Shown here one piece after another: positions 11,904-25,629 of a stretch of DNA of 64,000 nucleotides (positions within the stretch are counted from its first letter, which is position 1; each line of letters begins with the position of its first letter). The stretch is from Eledone cirrhosa. Its lineage: Eukaryota. The DNA lies in NCBI GenBank assembly GCA_964016885.1, contig OZ024741.1, forward strand, positions 140,182,001 through 140,246,000. Direction: 5' to 3'. Position numbers and translations under genes: made by a program. The notes under the pieces were generated by a model that saw only the letters and a program-made list of their open reading frames with translations, had not been told where the DNA came from and searched no databases.

Positions 11904-12750
11904 TTAAGGAAACTATTTATGGTTATGTATGTAATAAAGCCTTTTATGGTTATATAGTTATTATACAAACCCTAAATAGTGAAAGATAGTCATTAATTAC
12001 TATCTTATTACCAGTAAGATAAATAGCTCAATGTAGTAACATCTGTTATATAGACCCGTGTTCTATATATTCCGTCTCATGGATTATGTGAGTGGTGGTG
12101 TGCGCGAAGACAGTGGTACTGTTTTGCCTACGATATAATATGTTTTATAATATGTTTGATATTTTTGATATTTTGGTGTTTCTCTACATTCGGGATTGTA
12201 TATCATAAAGGTGTATGCGAAAAAATGATTTAATAATTCAGCCCACATAATAATATCAATTGCCTGCTTCAACTGCCTGAGCCTAAAAGTAACAATCTGA
12301 CGCACTCTAATCCTGTATAAATAAGACACGCATGCATGCTACACGTGAGATTGTTTCATACACTGACTACTCTAAACTTTCCTCTTGCTTTATCTTCATA
12401 AGCTGCCAATGCTTCATTTTTATTTTTATTTTTATTTTTATTTTTATTTTTATTTTTATTTTTATTTTTATTTTTATTTTTATTTTTATTTTTATTTTTA
12501 TTTTTATTTTTATTTTTATTTTTATCCTTTAACCTTTATATGTAAATTGCCATGCTATATCATTTTGATGGATGTCATCCCACTGTGGGTCAATACGTGC
12601 ATATGTTTTTATATGTCTCTTGTGTTGAAAAGGAGGTCAAGTATGTTATAGATCACTTAATAGTTGCTCCGAAGAAACCAAAGCTCGGTTTGGAGGAAAC
12701 AATTGTAAGCAAATAAATGATTTAAACTGAACTTTGATTATTGTAATCTC
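11900..12750 (+). mobile_element. pLTR-like non-coding repeat with internal (TATTTT)n and a terminal HHR
   Basis: 11900-12050 recurs at 21895-22045; (TATTTT)n at ~12418-12525; HHR 12664-12712; bounded by (TA)n and (TG)n. May be more than one insertion. Confidence 0.55.
12664..12712 (+). ncRNA. Type I hammerhead, U4C core change
   Basis: TTGCT-CCGAAGA-AA CCAAA GCTCGG TTTGG AG-GAAAC AATT GTA-AGCAA; perfect 5-bp stem I, palindromic AATT, GUA triplet. Confidence 0.65.
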
Positions 12751-12789
12751 CCTATCTCTCTATATAATATATATATACATATGTGTGTG

Positions 12790-12884
<95 letters not shown>

Positions 12885-13166
12885 AAATATTGATTAATAC
12901 ATGAAGTAATTAATCATATTGACTGACAACAGTATAGGTTAATCAAAGTGCACATACTCACTATTATAACCTAAATCAGCTCAATAATATTGTTTAGACA
13001 CAATACGAATTCTTCGTAAGAATTAAACAAGTGCGATGGTATAAGAAGATCTTAGAGAAAAGATGTTATAAGATCGATTCTTACCATTTATCTATCTATT
13101 TACACACACACATACACACACGCACACACGCGCGCACACGCACACACACACATATATATACATATA

Positions 13167-13244
<78 letters not shown>

Positions 13245-13247
<3 letters not shown>

Positions 13248-15140
13248 AATGAGTATTTGGTTTGTTGATTATTCAACAAAGTTAATTTACAACGGATTAG
13301 AAGCACTCAACGGTTTTTCCGGAGTATCATTAATATCAATAATATTAATAAATGGAAAATATCTCTATAAGACCATATTTATTTTATCATACGTATTTCA
13401 AGGGTACTAATATTTTAGTACGCTTTCGTCAGATAAAATACAATAACTGGTGTAAAGATAGTGACATCTCTTCATGTAAATTTCATGTTGTAAGTTCATT
13501 GAAGATAGTGAATAATTTTTCAAAACTCGGGATAAATATGCTAATGAGGATAACGCTAAAACTTAAAAATACCGTTAAGTTTAGACGCTAGATAGATTTT
13601 AACTATTTATCTAAATTATTTTAAAAAAAAGGTTTGCTATTAAATTTGAAAAAAATATATATATTTTAAAGTTAATTTAGGATATTTATAGAAATGTGCA
13701 TATATACACCCACAAATATTTACATGGGTATAGAAAGAATGAAATAATTATATTTATTTATTTAATTTTATAATATATTTTAAGAATATGGAAGTATTTA
13801 TATTATTCAGGAAAGAATTATAAATTAATGTATTAAATTGAAAACTATTAATATAATATGTGAAAGATACCCTGTATTTATATTTATATATACGATTAGA
13901 TATATTTTACGCATATATCTTAATATTATGAGTGTAGTTATAAATATAATGGATTGCTGTATAATACATTATTGTATATCCTTATTTAACAAATTTATTT
14001 AGTACATAAATAATTATGCGTGAATATAGATCTTATTTAAGTATATATAATTATGAAAGCGGGTAAGACATGTCGAGGGATTATATATATATGCATTTTC
14101 TATATATATACTTTAAGAATTTGAAAATAATTATATTTTTATATTTTTTAAGAGAAGATTTATAATATTATGTATAAGGTTAGATATATCAATTTAAACA
14201 TTTATGTAAAATTTGAATGTCTCAAATATGTGAATTGTGAATAGACTTTTATTAAGGCAAAGATAACTCTAGTGTTAAGTGATTTAAGGAGTGTAAATTA
14301 TTTAAAGATATATTGTTTTATCTAATGTTTAACCTAATAATTACTTATAATTTATATTATGATATAAGTAAAACTGTCTATATGATTTCAGAGCACCATA
14401 TGGTCTAGATAATAATAAAAATATAAATATTTCTATGTATAGATTTTGATAACAATAAGTATTTCTATGTATAAATTTGATAATAGTAAATAATTCTATG
14501 TATAAATTTAAGAAAGTTTAAAGACAACCAAAAATATATATGTTGTACACAGGCATCTTATACATACCATGTGTACTATTTTCTATAAATTGTAAATATT
14601 GTGAAATGTTCTGGAGAATCGATGCAAACAAGAATTAAATATTTTCTTTTTTTGTTTATAATATTACCAGGATTGGTAATTATATGAAAGATTTCTTCAA
14701 TACAGAGATGACAAATTCTTGTGAGAGCCATATTTTGGTAAACTGGCGCTTTCGATATCCTTACCCAGGAGATCGAAGAGTCAGTGTTACTGTCTTTTAA
14801 AGACCAAATTAATTGTGATAGTGAGGTTGAGAATTTTTTGTCCGAAAGTTTGAAAGTATGTTTATGATTACACCAACGGTCCTTAAATTTTGTAGAAGTA
14901 GCTCCTATATAATTATATAATCTATCTCTAGTTTTTATGGTGCATTTGTATACTAAATTTCTATCAAGGCAATTATTCTGTAAAGTGCGTAATATGTTAT
15001 TTTTGCAATTACATTTTCTAATATTGTTGTTTAGAGAAACGGTATTATTATTTATGCATTCGCTAATGATAATAAAATTGTTAATTTCTTAGATGTTACA
15101 CTAAACCTTAACTCAGGCCTATATTACCCGTTCCATAAGA
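13245..15140 (-). mobile_element. Decayed second Hydra-like PLE: EN remnant and AT-rich 3' region on -, inverted RT scrap on + at ~15070-15140
   Basis: Minus ~14850-14990 reads NNCLDRNLVYKCTIKTRDRLYNYIGATSTKFKDRWCNHKHTFK; plus reads [23 protein letters not shown]; both align by eye to 2658-4160. Confidence 0.8.
13381..13439 (-). ncRNA. Type I hammerhead near the PLE 3' end; triplet reads AUG (probably inactive)
   Basis: Minus strand ATTTTAT-CTGACGA-AAGCGTACTAA AATA TTAGTACCCTT-GAAAT ACGT ATG-ATAAAAT. Confidence 0.75.
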
Positions 15141-15265
15141 TGTGTCATTATCCCAAAAGCTGTTCCCAAACTCATCCCTGAGAAATTGTTGAGCCACAAC
15201 ATTTGCGTGACAAAGAGCTCCATCCTGCTGGAATGTAAACTTGAAATCCTTAGCGATCTTGTTAG
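15140..15265 (-). pseudogene. Tc1/mariner-superfamily transposase scrap (second catalytic Asp region)
   Basis: Minus translation [37 protein letters not shown] matches the FQQDGAPxH motif. Confidence 0.65.
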
Positions 15266-15285
15266 GGTTTCCATCGTCACTTGCC

Positions 15286-15504
<219 letters not shown>

Positions 15505-15634
15505 GTGAGGTTTTTTTACAAAATGAAAAATAACCGAGGTGTCCTACACGAGTGAAAGTATAAAGAAAAAGAGATGAAATCGAAAATGCAACTGGAGTCT
15601 TATTTTTTTTAAAAATATATATATTTATTTGGTT

Positions 15635-15672
15635 CCTTTACCGGTTTCGCAGTTCTTCTGCTTTTCAAAAGG
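15635..15672 (-). ncRNA. Minimal hammerhead, U3-A8 core
   Basis: Minus CCTT-TTGAAAA-GCAG AAGAA CTGC-GAAAC CG GTA-AAGG. Confidence 0.7.
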
Positions 15673-15724
15673 TGAGTTGAGATGGAGGGTCTGTGGTTTT
15701 TCTCACCCCTCCATCTCAACTCAC

Positions 15725-15760
15725 CTTTTGAAAAGCAGAAGAACTGCGAAACCGGTAAAG
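15725..15760 (+). ncRNA. Minimal hammerhead, U3-A8 core
   Basis: CTT-TTGAAAA-GCAG AAGAA CTGC-GAAAC CG GTA-AAG. Confidence 0.7.
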
Positions 15761-15829
15761 AACCAAATAAATATATATATTTAAAAAAAAATAAGACTCC
15801 AGTTGCATTTTCGATTTCATCTCTTTTTC

Positions 15830-15901
<72 letters not shown>

Positions 15902-16049
15902 CCTATATATACCCACGAGGCATCATGAGTATACTTGAACATGCATTTGTATATGTACGTATCTGTGTGAGAAAGAGATTGTGTTTGTCTATATAATGTC
16001 AATTGCTATAGACTCTATAGAAATTGTCATATATCTGGTGATATTTAAG

Positions 16050-16890
16050 TGTTACTCCTTTCGATTTCCGGACATTGTTTGGCGTGTGTCCTTCCCCCAG
16101 ACACTTTACTTCATAAACGTCTAGTGCCCATTATTTAAATGGCCAAACTTGTCACACCCTACGTTGAGCTGAATCTCCTCGATAATTACGTTAACAGTAA
16201 AAGTATCTGTGCGATACTCAAACAGTATATTATACAGGATGGACTGTACTTGTAATTCAGATGCCCGACCTTATCCGACATTTCATCGTGCTGAATCACC
16301 CTAAGAACTTACATTAAGTGTAGTTGTGTCTCTTCAGTACTTAATTCCACATTAATATCACAAGCAACAACATCCTCTCCTCATGTAACTGGATCAGGTA
16401 TGAGGTATGCGGTCCAACAAATACACATATGTATATATGTCTTACTGTGTATATCTATAGCGTCTACTTTATATCTGCAGTTATTTCTGGATTATTAGCC
16501 CAATTTAATATGTTATTCTTGCCTTCTTATTTCACCGCAACAGGCCAGTTTCTAGAATAGATACCCAACTGAGACTGATAAAATATACTTGTACATAATA
16601 TTGCACAGATGCGTACCAAGGATTTCACCAAGTGTGAAAGGCTTACAACATGATAAACCACGATATATATCATATAATTCGTTAGAATATTCCACTCACG
16701 ATCTTAATGCTACGTGTTTTATTCCCGACAGCGGATTATGTCCTTGAACAAAACCCTTTATTCAACGTTACTCCAGTCCACCTGATGAATGTGATTCAAA
16801 TGACCCACCATGTCATATTTTGCGGAAACCCAGCATATCCCTTAGAACACTATTATTGGTACACGTGTCTCTGATATAGCTACTTACACT
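16050..16890 (+). mobile_element. Cluster of old SINE family B fragments
   Basis: Recurring TGTCCTT..CA.AC.CTTTA.TTCA and TTGTCACAC....G..GCTGAATC.CC motifs shared with 23690-23975 and 42030-42500. Confidence 0.5.
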
Positions 16891-17366
16891 TTATTCTCCA
16901 GGCAAAAATAAAAAAAATACCATTGAAATCAACACACACTCACCTACAGACAACACACACACATACAGACACACACACACACAAATACACACACATATAT
17001 ATGTATATATATATATACATATATATATATGAGTGTGTATGTGTGTGTGTGTTGGCTACAGGTGAGTGTGTGTCGATTCCAATGGCAATTTTTTAGTTTG
17101 TGTAAACGTATTTTTGTTTATACCTCGTATCAGATTGCACTGCATATAACTAAGTACACGTCAGACGATATAATATCATTGAAGAATTCTAATCATTTAA
17201 GACCAGACATTCTGGGACCAGGATTTTGCTGTAACACATTCATTGGTTTTTATCTGGATGAACAGATATACAATTGATTCGATTCAATTCATTACCATTA
17301 TCGACATTGTCCTCATCGTCACCTCTTCGTCGCAATTATCGTCACTGTCGTCATTATTATCCTCGG

Positions 17367-17550
17367 TGGATTGGCAGTATCGGTAAAGAGTCGGACGCCA
17401 TGATTTCCATCATAGTTACGTCCCTTTACGGTCTGAGTTCAAATCCCGCCGAGGTTAACTTTGCCTTTCTTCCTTACGGGGTCGATAAAATAAAGTACCA
17501 GTAATGTACTGGATAATTTCTGGCCTTGTGCCAAAAGTAGAAACAATTAT
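17367..17550 (+). mobile_element. tRNA-derived SINE family A
   Basis: A-box-like TGGCAGTATCGG, B-box GAGTTCAAATCC, core GCCGAGGTTAACTTTGCCTTTC.TCCTTACGGGGTCGATAAAATAAAGTACCAG, tail GGCCTTGTGCCAAAAGTAGAAACAATTATT; about 10 copies in the window. Confidence 0.85.
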
Positions 17551-18139
17551 TCATCATCATCATTATCACTATCCCGATCTTTATGTTCATCTACATCTTT
17601 TTCTCGTCACAGTCCTCGCCAACATTTTCCTCATTGTTTTCTTAATCATCTCTATCATGAATACCACTCCCACAACCAAAACAAAACCACCAACATCACC
17701 GTCATATTCGTCATCGTCATCGGTGCCAACCTACTTCGCATTACCATCATCATCATCGCCACCACCTCCACCATCAAAATCATGATCATCATCATGCTCA
17801 TCATCATCATCATCACCATCACCGATATATTTTTAATATTTTAGAGGTAACACCTATTGTATTTAGTGAACCATATATTAGTGGAATACAGACTTAAATA
17901 GATTATAGTAATGATATTACAAGTTGCATATTGTAGTTGTAAAATCCATGATAAATACTTTACAAATATCTCAAAAGAATGCTAACCTCACTATGTAGCT
18001 GAAACTCTTGATATGCAGAATGAAATATTAATGTTTAAGCTCACAACTATGTAGAGTTTGCTGTCTTCCTACGATGCTGATTCGTATTTGATGTTTCTCG
18101 AATGTATTAATGAGAGACACTCTCTGTCACATCACGAAA

Positions 18140-18480
18140 AATGTAGGGGAAATGAAGCGTCATATCCATGAACGTGACGCAGGCTGTCTGGTCCAAGAAC
18201 CGGACTCACTACCACATGATAGTTAGTCCAGCATCCGAAACACTAGGCCACGCGTCCTGGCAAGGCGAATTTTACAGCTTACATTGTTACTTGGTCGAGT
18301 ACGAGTTATCATTGTAGCATTCTCGTGTGTTTTCATGATCGTGATGTTGGATCCAGGCCCACCATTGTGAAATGAAGCGTCTCTATCAATAACCTAACGC
18401 GTGCATCCTTGAGAGGAATCAATGGCATGACCTTATGCTTGTGAGTCCAACACGCGAACCACTTGGCCATGCATCCGGCT
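18140..18480 (-). mobile_element. Two old SINE family B head fragments
   Basis: GAAATGAAGCGTC...GTCCA.CA..CGAA.CACT.GGCCA.GC.TCC occurs twice (18149-18257, 18369-18476). Confidence 0.5.
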
Positions 18481-18931
18481 CAAACGCTGTGTGGTATTTC
18501 GACTAACGAAATGTATTGATTTTTAAATTATCTTAACATCAACAAATACAAACAACCGATTTTAATATCAACTTTTGAGAATGTTCAATTCATATTATAA
18601 TTGGAAACACATGTATGCACATATGTATGTGTACATACTGTATATTGCATGTTTACCTATGTACACACCCACTAATTCACACACCCACGCAAACGCACAC
18701 AGACACTCACACACACACATCCACGCGCACACACACTCACATATATACATACATGTAATCATATATATACACTTATGTATAGATATATACATATATATAA
18801 TCATATATATACACTTATCTATAGATATATACATGCACATATACATGCCTACACACACATACACACATATATATATATATATATATAGATACATATATAT
18901 ATACATATATGCGTACGTACATATATGTATA

Positions 18932-19026
<95 letters not shown>

Positions 19027-19471
19027 ATTACTGGATTTTGCGTAATATTAGATGCAATCTTAAACAAATCCTATCTTGATGTGAATCCTTCGTGTGCATT
19101 AAGTTAAGATTCTCAAAATAGAAAATACAAATAGAAAGTTAATTTATACAGAAAATGTTAAGGAAACCATGTCTCCAATACAAGAAAACGAATTCTACAT
19201 TTAAATAAAAACAAAGTAATCTATATCATGTTTGTTATTATTTTTTATCCTTCTCAAATAAATTCTCGCATATCTTTTTGATATGCTTCACTCAGCCATT
19301 TTAACTAAATTAAAGTAATTTTCCATTTCTTACTAAGTTTCTATTACTGGTGTTACGAAAATAAATAAAAATCTATATAGATTATAGAAAATGCAATCTT
19401 CGTTACTGTCAGGATCTTCAATCAGAATTTATTTTCTAACAAACGTTTTAGAAAATACATTGGATTTGTTT

Positions 19472-19506
<35 letters not shown>

Positions 19507-19549
19507 GTATTCATATATATATATGTATCCATATATATATATGTATATA

Positions 19550-21735
19550 TAGTGAAAAATGGAACGGGAACAAAACAGAGAGGCAGTACAAACAAAGGTT
19601 TATTAGTTCGACGCTCTTGAGAGTGGGGGGGGGGGGGCGTTTCGGGCATAAGCCCTTCTTCAAGAGAAAAGTGGGTGGGAAGAAAGTTCCTCGGGTGTGT
19701 GGGGGAGTGGGGGACAGACATTTAGAAAAAAAGAGGTACAAATAAAAATAAAAGTAAATATGAAGATAAACAAGTAGTGGAAGGTTGTGGGGCGTGTAGG
19801 GGTGGTGGCGGGTTGAGTGGGGAGAGGGAGGCGGGGTGTCCGAGCGGGGAGGGCTGACGCTGGTGTTTGTGTATATGTGTAGGTGTACGTGTGTGTGTGT
19901 GTGTGTGTGAATGTGAGAGTTGGGGGAAGAACGAGGTTCCATGTTCAGGAACAGGTGTGTGTGTGGGGTGGGGTGTAGGTCGCTGTGTGATGCGTGCTGA
20001 TGGGAAGGGGTCAGAGTGGTGGGGGAGGGGCTAGAGGATTCCGGAGGCTGAGTGGTTATATATGTGGGGGTACGCACGTGTGTGTTGGTGTTTATAAGTT
20101 TTGTGGATGTAGGTAGCGTGTTTCGAAAATAAATTGTGAGCGTATGTCCGTGGGTAACTTCCTAAGGTAGTTCCGTAGAGGATGTGAGGAGTGGTCGGAT
20201 ATTTTCCATGTTATTGAGTGGATAGTGGGAACGATGGCCGATGGTGTGTAATCCGTTGGTTGTGGTAGTCGGAAGAGGGGAGATGTGGGGTGCGCGCGAA
20301 ACAGGAAGTGGTCAGAGGGTCAAGGCAGGATGAGAATGACAGGTGGAGAGGACTGTGTGTCTGTGTCTGCGGAGAAGTTGTCAGAGGGTCAAAGCAGGAG
20401 AAGGTATCGCAGCAGTAGAGGAGAATGTAAGGTGGAGAAAGTCAATGTGTCAGTGTGTGCGGAGGTGCGGTGGACAGGGGAGAGGATGGGTAGGTGTGAA
20501 AGGTGGAGTGGGAGGATGGGGTGTGTATTAGTAGAGGTGTTAGTGGGATGTGTGTGTGTGTGTGAAGGGGTGTGGGTGGAGCGAGGAGAGGGATAGAAAA
20601 AGTGTGGGGGACGATGGAGAGAGTGTAGTGTACTGGTGTATGTGTGCGTGTTCGGATGAGTGGGTGTGTATGTGCGTGTTAGTGGGGTATATGTGTGTGG
20701 TGGGTAGGGAACAGGGCGGTCGAAGGCTAAAGGAATAGGGGTGGCGAGTTCAGGTCGAGGGAGTGTGGGTCTGTAGGGTAAAGATGGTGCGTTGTTCGAC
20801 CCTGAGGCGGGTGGCGGGTGTTGCGTGGCATTGGAGGTGGTGCGCGGAATGTCCATGGGAGCCTAAGTGGCGGGCGATGGAGGATCCCCCGCCGAGACGA
20901 ATATCCCGGAGGTGTTCGGTGAAACGGTCCGCCAGGCGCCGTCCAGTCTGTCCGACGTAGGTTGCGCTGCACTCAGTGCAGCGAAGTTCATAGACTAGGT
21001 TGGAGGAGGTGCAGCGGAAGGCGTTCCGGACACAGAGAGAGTGGCCGTTTGGACCCTAAAAGGTGGTGGTGTAGGTCATGTGGGGGCAGGTGTTACAACG
21101 AGCCCTGGAACAGGGAAGGGAACCGGGGGGAGGAGAAGAGTGTGATTTGGGGGTAGGGAGCTGCGGACGAGGAGGGTGCGGAGATTTCGTGCGCGTTTGA
21201 AGGAGGGGAGTGGTGGGGATGGGAAGATGTAGGAGGTGGAGGGGTCGGACTGGAGGCGTCTGAAGAGGGTGAGGATGGTGCGGTGGAGGGGTAGGATGGA
21301 GGGGTGGTAGATGATGGGGAAGGTGAGGCGGTGGGTGGGTGTGCGGTGGCGTGGGTGAGGGTCGTGGAGCGGTGGACAGCACGGGCGCGAGTGAGGGCGA
21401 TGTGGGCGAGAGGGGGGTAACCTCTGCGGAAGAAATGGCTGACTAGGGAAATGGCCTGGGACTCAAAGTCAGCATCTCGGCTGCAGAGGCGGCGGATCCT
21501 GAGGAGTTGGGGGTAGGGAATAGAGTGTTTAGTGTGTGTAGGGTGGGAGGAGGAAAAGCGAGGTAGGAGTGGGAGTCGGTGGGTTTCAAGAAGGCAGAGG
21601 TGACGAGGGAGTGGTGGGAGGGGTCGATGGCGGCGGAGATGTCTAAGAAGTGGACGTGAGTGGTGGAGATAGAGGTGGTGAATGGAGGGAGGGGTGGAAG
21701 GAGCAGAAGAAGGAGAGAAAGGAGTCGAACTGTTC
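19550..21735 (-). mobile_element. 5'-truncated GC-rich PLE (Neptune-like linker), frameshifted RT C-terminus, GIY-YIG and 3' pLTR with degenerate HHR (~19635-19665)
   Basis: Minus frames VHFLDIS...KPTDSHSYL, SSSHPTHTKHSIPYPQLLRIRRLCS...RRGYP, PCSRARCNTC, CTSSNLVYELRCTECSATYVGQTGRRLADRFTEH; TTGAAGA-AGGGCTTATGCCC-GAAAC; (TA)n at both ends. Confidence 0.9.
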
Positions 21736-21755
21736 ATATATAAATATATATATAG

Positions 21756-21788
<33 letters not shown>

Positions 21789-21844
21789 ATATATAAATAC
21801 ATATATAAATACATATATATATATATAAATATATATATATGTGA

Positions 21845-21881
<37 letters not shown>

Positions 21882-21894
21882 TATATACACATAA

Positions 21895-22102
21895 TATTAG
21901 GGATACTATTTATGGTTATGTATATATTAAAACCTTTTATAGTTATGTATATTTTACACCCTAAACAGTGGAGGTCAGTAATTTATTACTACCTTATTAC
22001 CAGTAAGATAAATAGCTCAATGTAATAACATCAGTTGTTCTACAGAGCAGTTATATAGAATTCACAATGAACATAGCTTTGATTCTTGTGAATTCTATAT
22101 AT
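21895..22102. repeat. Copy of the 11900-12050 repeat ending in a short fold-back
   Basis: TTATTACCAGTAAGATAAATAGCTCAATGTA shared; TATATAGAATTCACAA...TTGTGAATTCTATATA at 22052-22101. Confidence 0.7.
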
Positions 22103-23689
22103 ATATACACATATATATATTTATATATGTATATATGTATTTATATATGTATTTATATATATATATATTTATTTATTTATTTATTACAAACTATTTTTGA
22201 TATTACAAGACTGCAATGTGTTACGTGCGGCAAGTCTGAATGAATATGTCAGCTTTTTGTTGCGACGATATGTTGCGATAAAATACATTGTTGTGTCATA
22301 ATAACAATTGTTTAAAACTAGTTTCATTTCTTATCTCCTAGTAGGTGAGGCGTTAATAGTTCCACTATCAGGTTTGGCGCTACCATTGTTATAACAAGGA
22401 CGCCGCTTATGGTGAAGATCTCAGTTAAGGCGCATTAATGAACTGTCTATATTGCTTAGCAGCATTTTGGAAATATATTACGTGTAGCCCAGGATCAAGT
22501 TATTATATAATATGTTACATGGATAGGCGTAGGTGACTGTGGACTGTTTAGTAGAAAATATAGCTTTAGTCATTTTCTTAATGGGGTCAGCGTGATAAAT
22601 GTTAAAAATTGTTAAAAACTGTTTATTGTCTCACCAAACTCTAGGTTGCATTTTTTTATTTAGGAAATTTTACACCTTGTAGATTTAGGCAAGGGCACTA
22701 AATACCACAGCACCGCCACTGAGCTACACAGCAGCAATTCCACAGCAACGGTATATATGTGATTAGTGAAGCCCATCAAGTGTATTATTTAAACTAGTGG
22801 TATGGACATCGATATTATGTATAACTGAATACATGTTTTTCTGAACTGGATCACTATAACTTACAACCGCGTCGTTAGTGAAAATAAACAGCCTCATATT
22901 ATCTCTTTTGTATGTTTTGGCTCTTTTGTATGTTCTGGAGCTCTTATTGTGGAGGCTGTGGTCGTGGATAGGTATTGCACTCTGAGTTGGTTATAAGGTG
23001 ATGCTGTCTGCATACCACACCAAACATCTAACTATACAATGTCGGAGATGCCAGAGATAGATTTGGTTAGCGACAAACTGGATGATAACTGAGACGTAAC
23101 GATGTATGTCTTAACAGAAATAAATTCCTAGACTTGCAACACGCCTCCTAAGTAGTAACTTAATCAATCACTTCATTTAACACTACAAACTGACCCTTTG
23201 ACATCTTTAACAGAATGCACTCTGTTGCAATCAAGTGGGCTATGTCTAGAGTTTAGATAGTTTCCTTCGTTCCTCCCATTCATTTTCGAGAATACGAAAA
23301 ATATCAATAGCCTGCTCTTCTCCTTGTCTAAACAATAAACATAAAGTCCATTCGGAATCTCCGCGGTATGGTTTAAGTGTTTGATGTTTAGTTAGAAACA
23401 GGTATCCAGACAGTAACAAATGGAAAGAGTTCCTGAACGATATAAGTAATTTTACTCAGAAATGACTAGCTCAAACTTCCTGAATTGTAAGATGGAACTG
23501 GATAACGTCTATATCCTCATTGTCTGCAACAGAATTCTATTTCGATACCCACCTTCATTGCTGACATTAGATCACGTGACAACCTCGGTGGATGTCAATA
23601 AGAACAGAAAGGCTGCGAAAATGTTGAAATACGCTATAACATAGATGGCATACACCATTGAAATTGGCCGTATGTTTATACATATGTGT

Positions 23690-23975
23690 CACAATTATAA
23701 GGACCTTCTCAGTGCGTAGCATATTGAACAAGAGTCATTTTCACAAGCCTTGTGAGGGGATCCGTGGAGATGGGAATTATTTGGAAACCTGTCCTATATT
23801 TCAAAGCACAAATATTGTCATACACCGTGTCACGCTGAATCCCACTGGTGAATTTCGTTAATGGTACACATATCGGTAAAATGTGCCGCCATTTACACCT
23901 TAGTTTCAGGAAATTTCTGTTCCTTGGACAGAAAGAGTAGAACACTCGTCGTCAGAACCGACGGAGGTCCAACAC
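23690..23975 (+). mobile_element. Old SINE family B copy
   Basis: TTGTCATACACCGTGTCACGCTGAATCCC...GTTAATGGTACAC motif shared with the 16.1-16.9 kb and 42.2 kb copies. Confidence 0.5.
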
Positions 23976-23999
23976 ATTAAACTACCTCCTGATAATTTG

Positions 24000-24385
24000 C
24001 TTTCACTGCTGATATTAGAACATCTGATAATATGTGTAGGTAAACATGAGAGAGAGGACTGAGAAGAGATGCAGTGGGGAGAGTGATAGATAGAGAGATT
24101 GAGAGAGGGGGGAAGAGATTGAAAGAGGGCAATGGAGGAAAGAGGGGGAATGATGAAATTAGTTATAACATGAAACTCGTACATCATTCAAAATATTACA
24201 TCATATATAATTCCTGATACTTGCCTTCACGGCTGTTATTAGAACATCTGAAAGCCGGTCTAGGAGAACGTGAGAGAGGATTGAAAAGGAGAGAGACAGT
24301 AGTTTGAGAGATAAATAGAGAAAAAGGGAGAGAAAGGGGGAGAATGTTGAAATTATGTTTAACATGCAACTAGTACATCATTCAT
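24000..24385. repeat. Diverged tandem duplication, ~200-225-bp unit, GA-rich
   Basis: TATTAGAACATCTGA...TGAGAGAGGA...GAAATT..TAACATG.AACT.GTACATCATTCA occurs twice. Confidence 0.7.
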
Positions 24386-25099
24386 ACTGAATAAGTGTAG
24401 AAATGAATATAACGGCGTTAATAGAAATCAGCAAAAAAATCACCATTTTCTATTATTCAAATGACTCCACTTTTACATTCTTCATACACATTTTTTAAAT
24501 TCTTTTTCCTTATTGCTGTTGATTTTTTAATTTATTGCTCTTAAATATTCTCTGTTCGATATTTCATTGATTCTTAATGACGCAAGACTATAAATGATTA
24601 ATAATGATTTTGTAAAAATCTGTGCTGCTTCTTATACTGTTACTACCGTAGACTTCAATTTGTTCTTTTCCTCACGAACACGAAACATATTTCACTGAAT
24701 ACCTAGACATATGACGTCACAGTTTCAACAGTATTCTTACACCAAATACCTCATACATCATTTGATTTCAGTTTGACACGGGAACTAATTTAATTTATGC
24801 CATTAATTCATTGTAACGCGGTACTTCCTGACACCACATGAACTTAAGACCCAGACACATTGAAACAGAAATTGTTTCAATCGGATTCAAGTTACTTTCA
24901 CGGCCAATAGTGCAAAACATGTTTCAGAAATCTTTTAAAATGTCTCTAATAATAATAATAACAATAATTTTACGACGATTTCTATAGAAGTGTTGTTACA
25001 TTGATTTAAAAAAAAAAGGCAAAAATTTGACATGAGATTAACAAGCTGCCATTTACGACCCAATAAGCTTTACGTAGTCTGCTATTAATAATAATGCCG

Positions 25100-25325
25100 A
25101 CGGCGGTGGACTTACTTCATCGGAAGAACGGCGATGTAGAAAATGTTCTTCCAGCTCTTTACATTACATTCTGAGTTCAAATCCCAGTTGAGTCAACTTT
25201 GTAGTCAATCTTCCCGAATTCATTAAATAAAGTACCTATCAATTGCTGAATTCGATAAAAATTCCCACAATACATACAAAAATAAAAGAAATTTGCAGGC
25301 CTTGTGCGTAAATAAGAAATAGGTA
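25100..25325 (+). mobile_element. Degenerate SINE family A
   Basis: CTGAGTTCAAATCC...AATAAAGTACC...GGCCTTGTGC. Confidence 0.6.
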
Positions 25326-25629
25326 GATGAGAGAAATATTTTCACTTAGTTTTAATTCTATGCAATTTTATCAAGATAAATCTCATGAGAGTCATGCAGT
25401 ACATATAGAAAGTTAGTGTGGATGAAATTTAGATTATTTCATGTGAAGGATCAAATAAACTTACTAAAGGAAAGAGAGCATCATGTTAGTAAAGGAAGTC
25501 GCATAGTGAGTTATTGTGGGATGAATTTGTCATTGCTTAGCTCTTTGTCAGAATGTAATGACAGCTATGATTGTCTAGAGAACTATGAACAAATATTTTC
25601 TGCCATGAATATCCTTCTTTTTTCAGACA

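Larger units (their letters stand above)
15563..15831. repeat. Fold-back of a PLE pLTR end: arms ~15563-15689 and 15707-15831, one HHR per arm
   Basis: Near-perfect reverse complementarity with a 17-nt spacer; same family as 51740-51880; embedded in (TA)n. Confidence 0.9.

Noticed and set aside
17420-17450. tRNA-like B box GAGTTCAAATCC (many copies)
   Set aside because: SINE heads; no cloverleaf, so not tRNA genes.
23750-23790. GIRGDGNYL resembling an OTU protease GDGNC motif
   Set aside because: Catalytic Cys absent, and the region lies within an old SINE family B copy.
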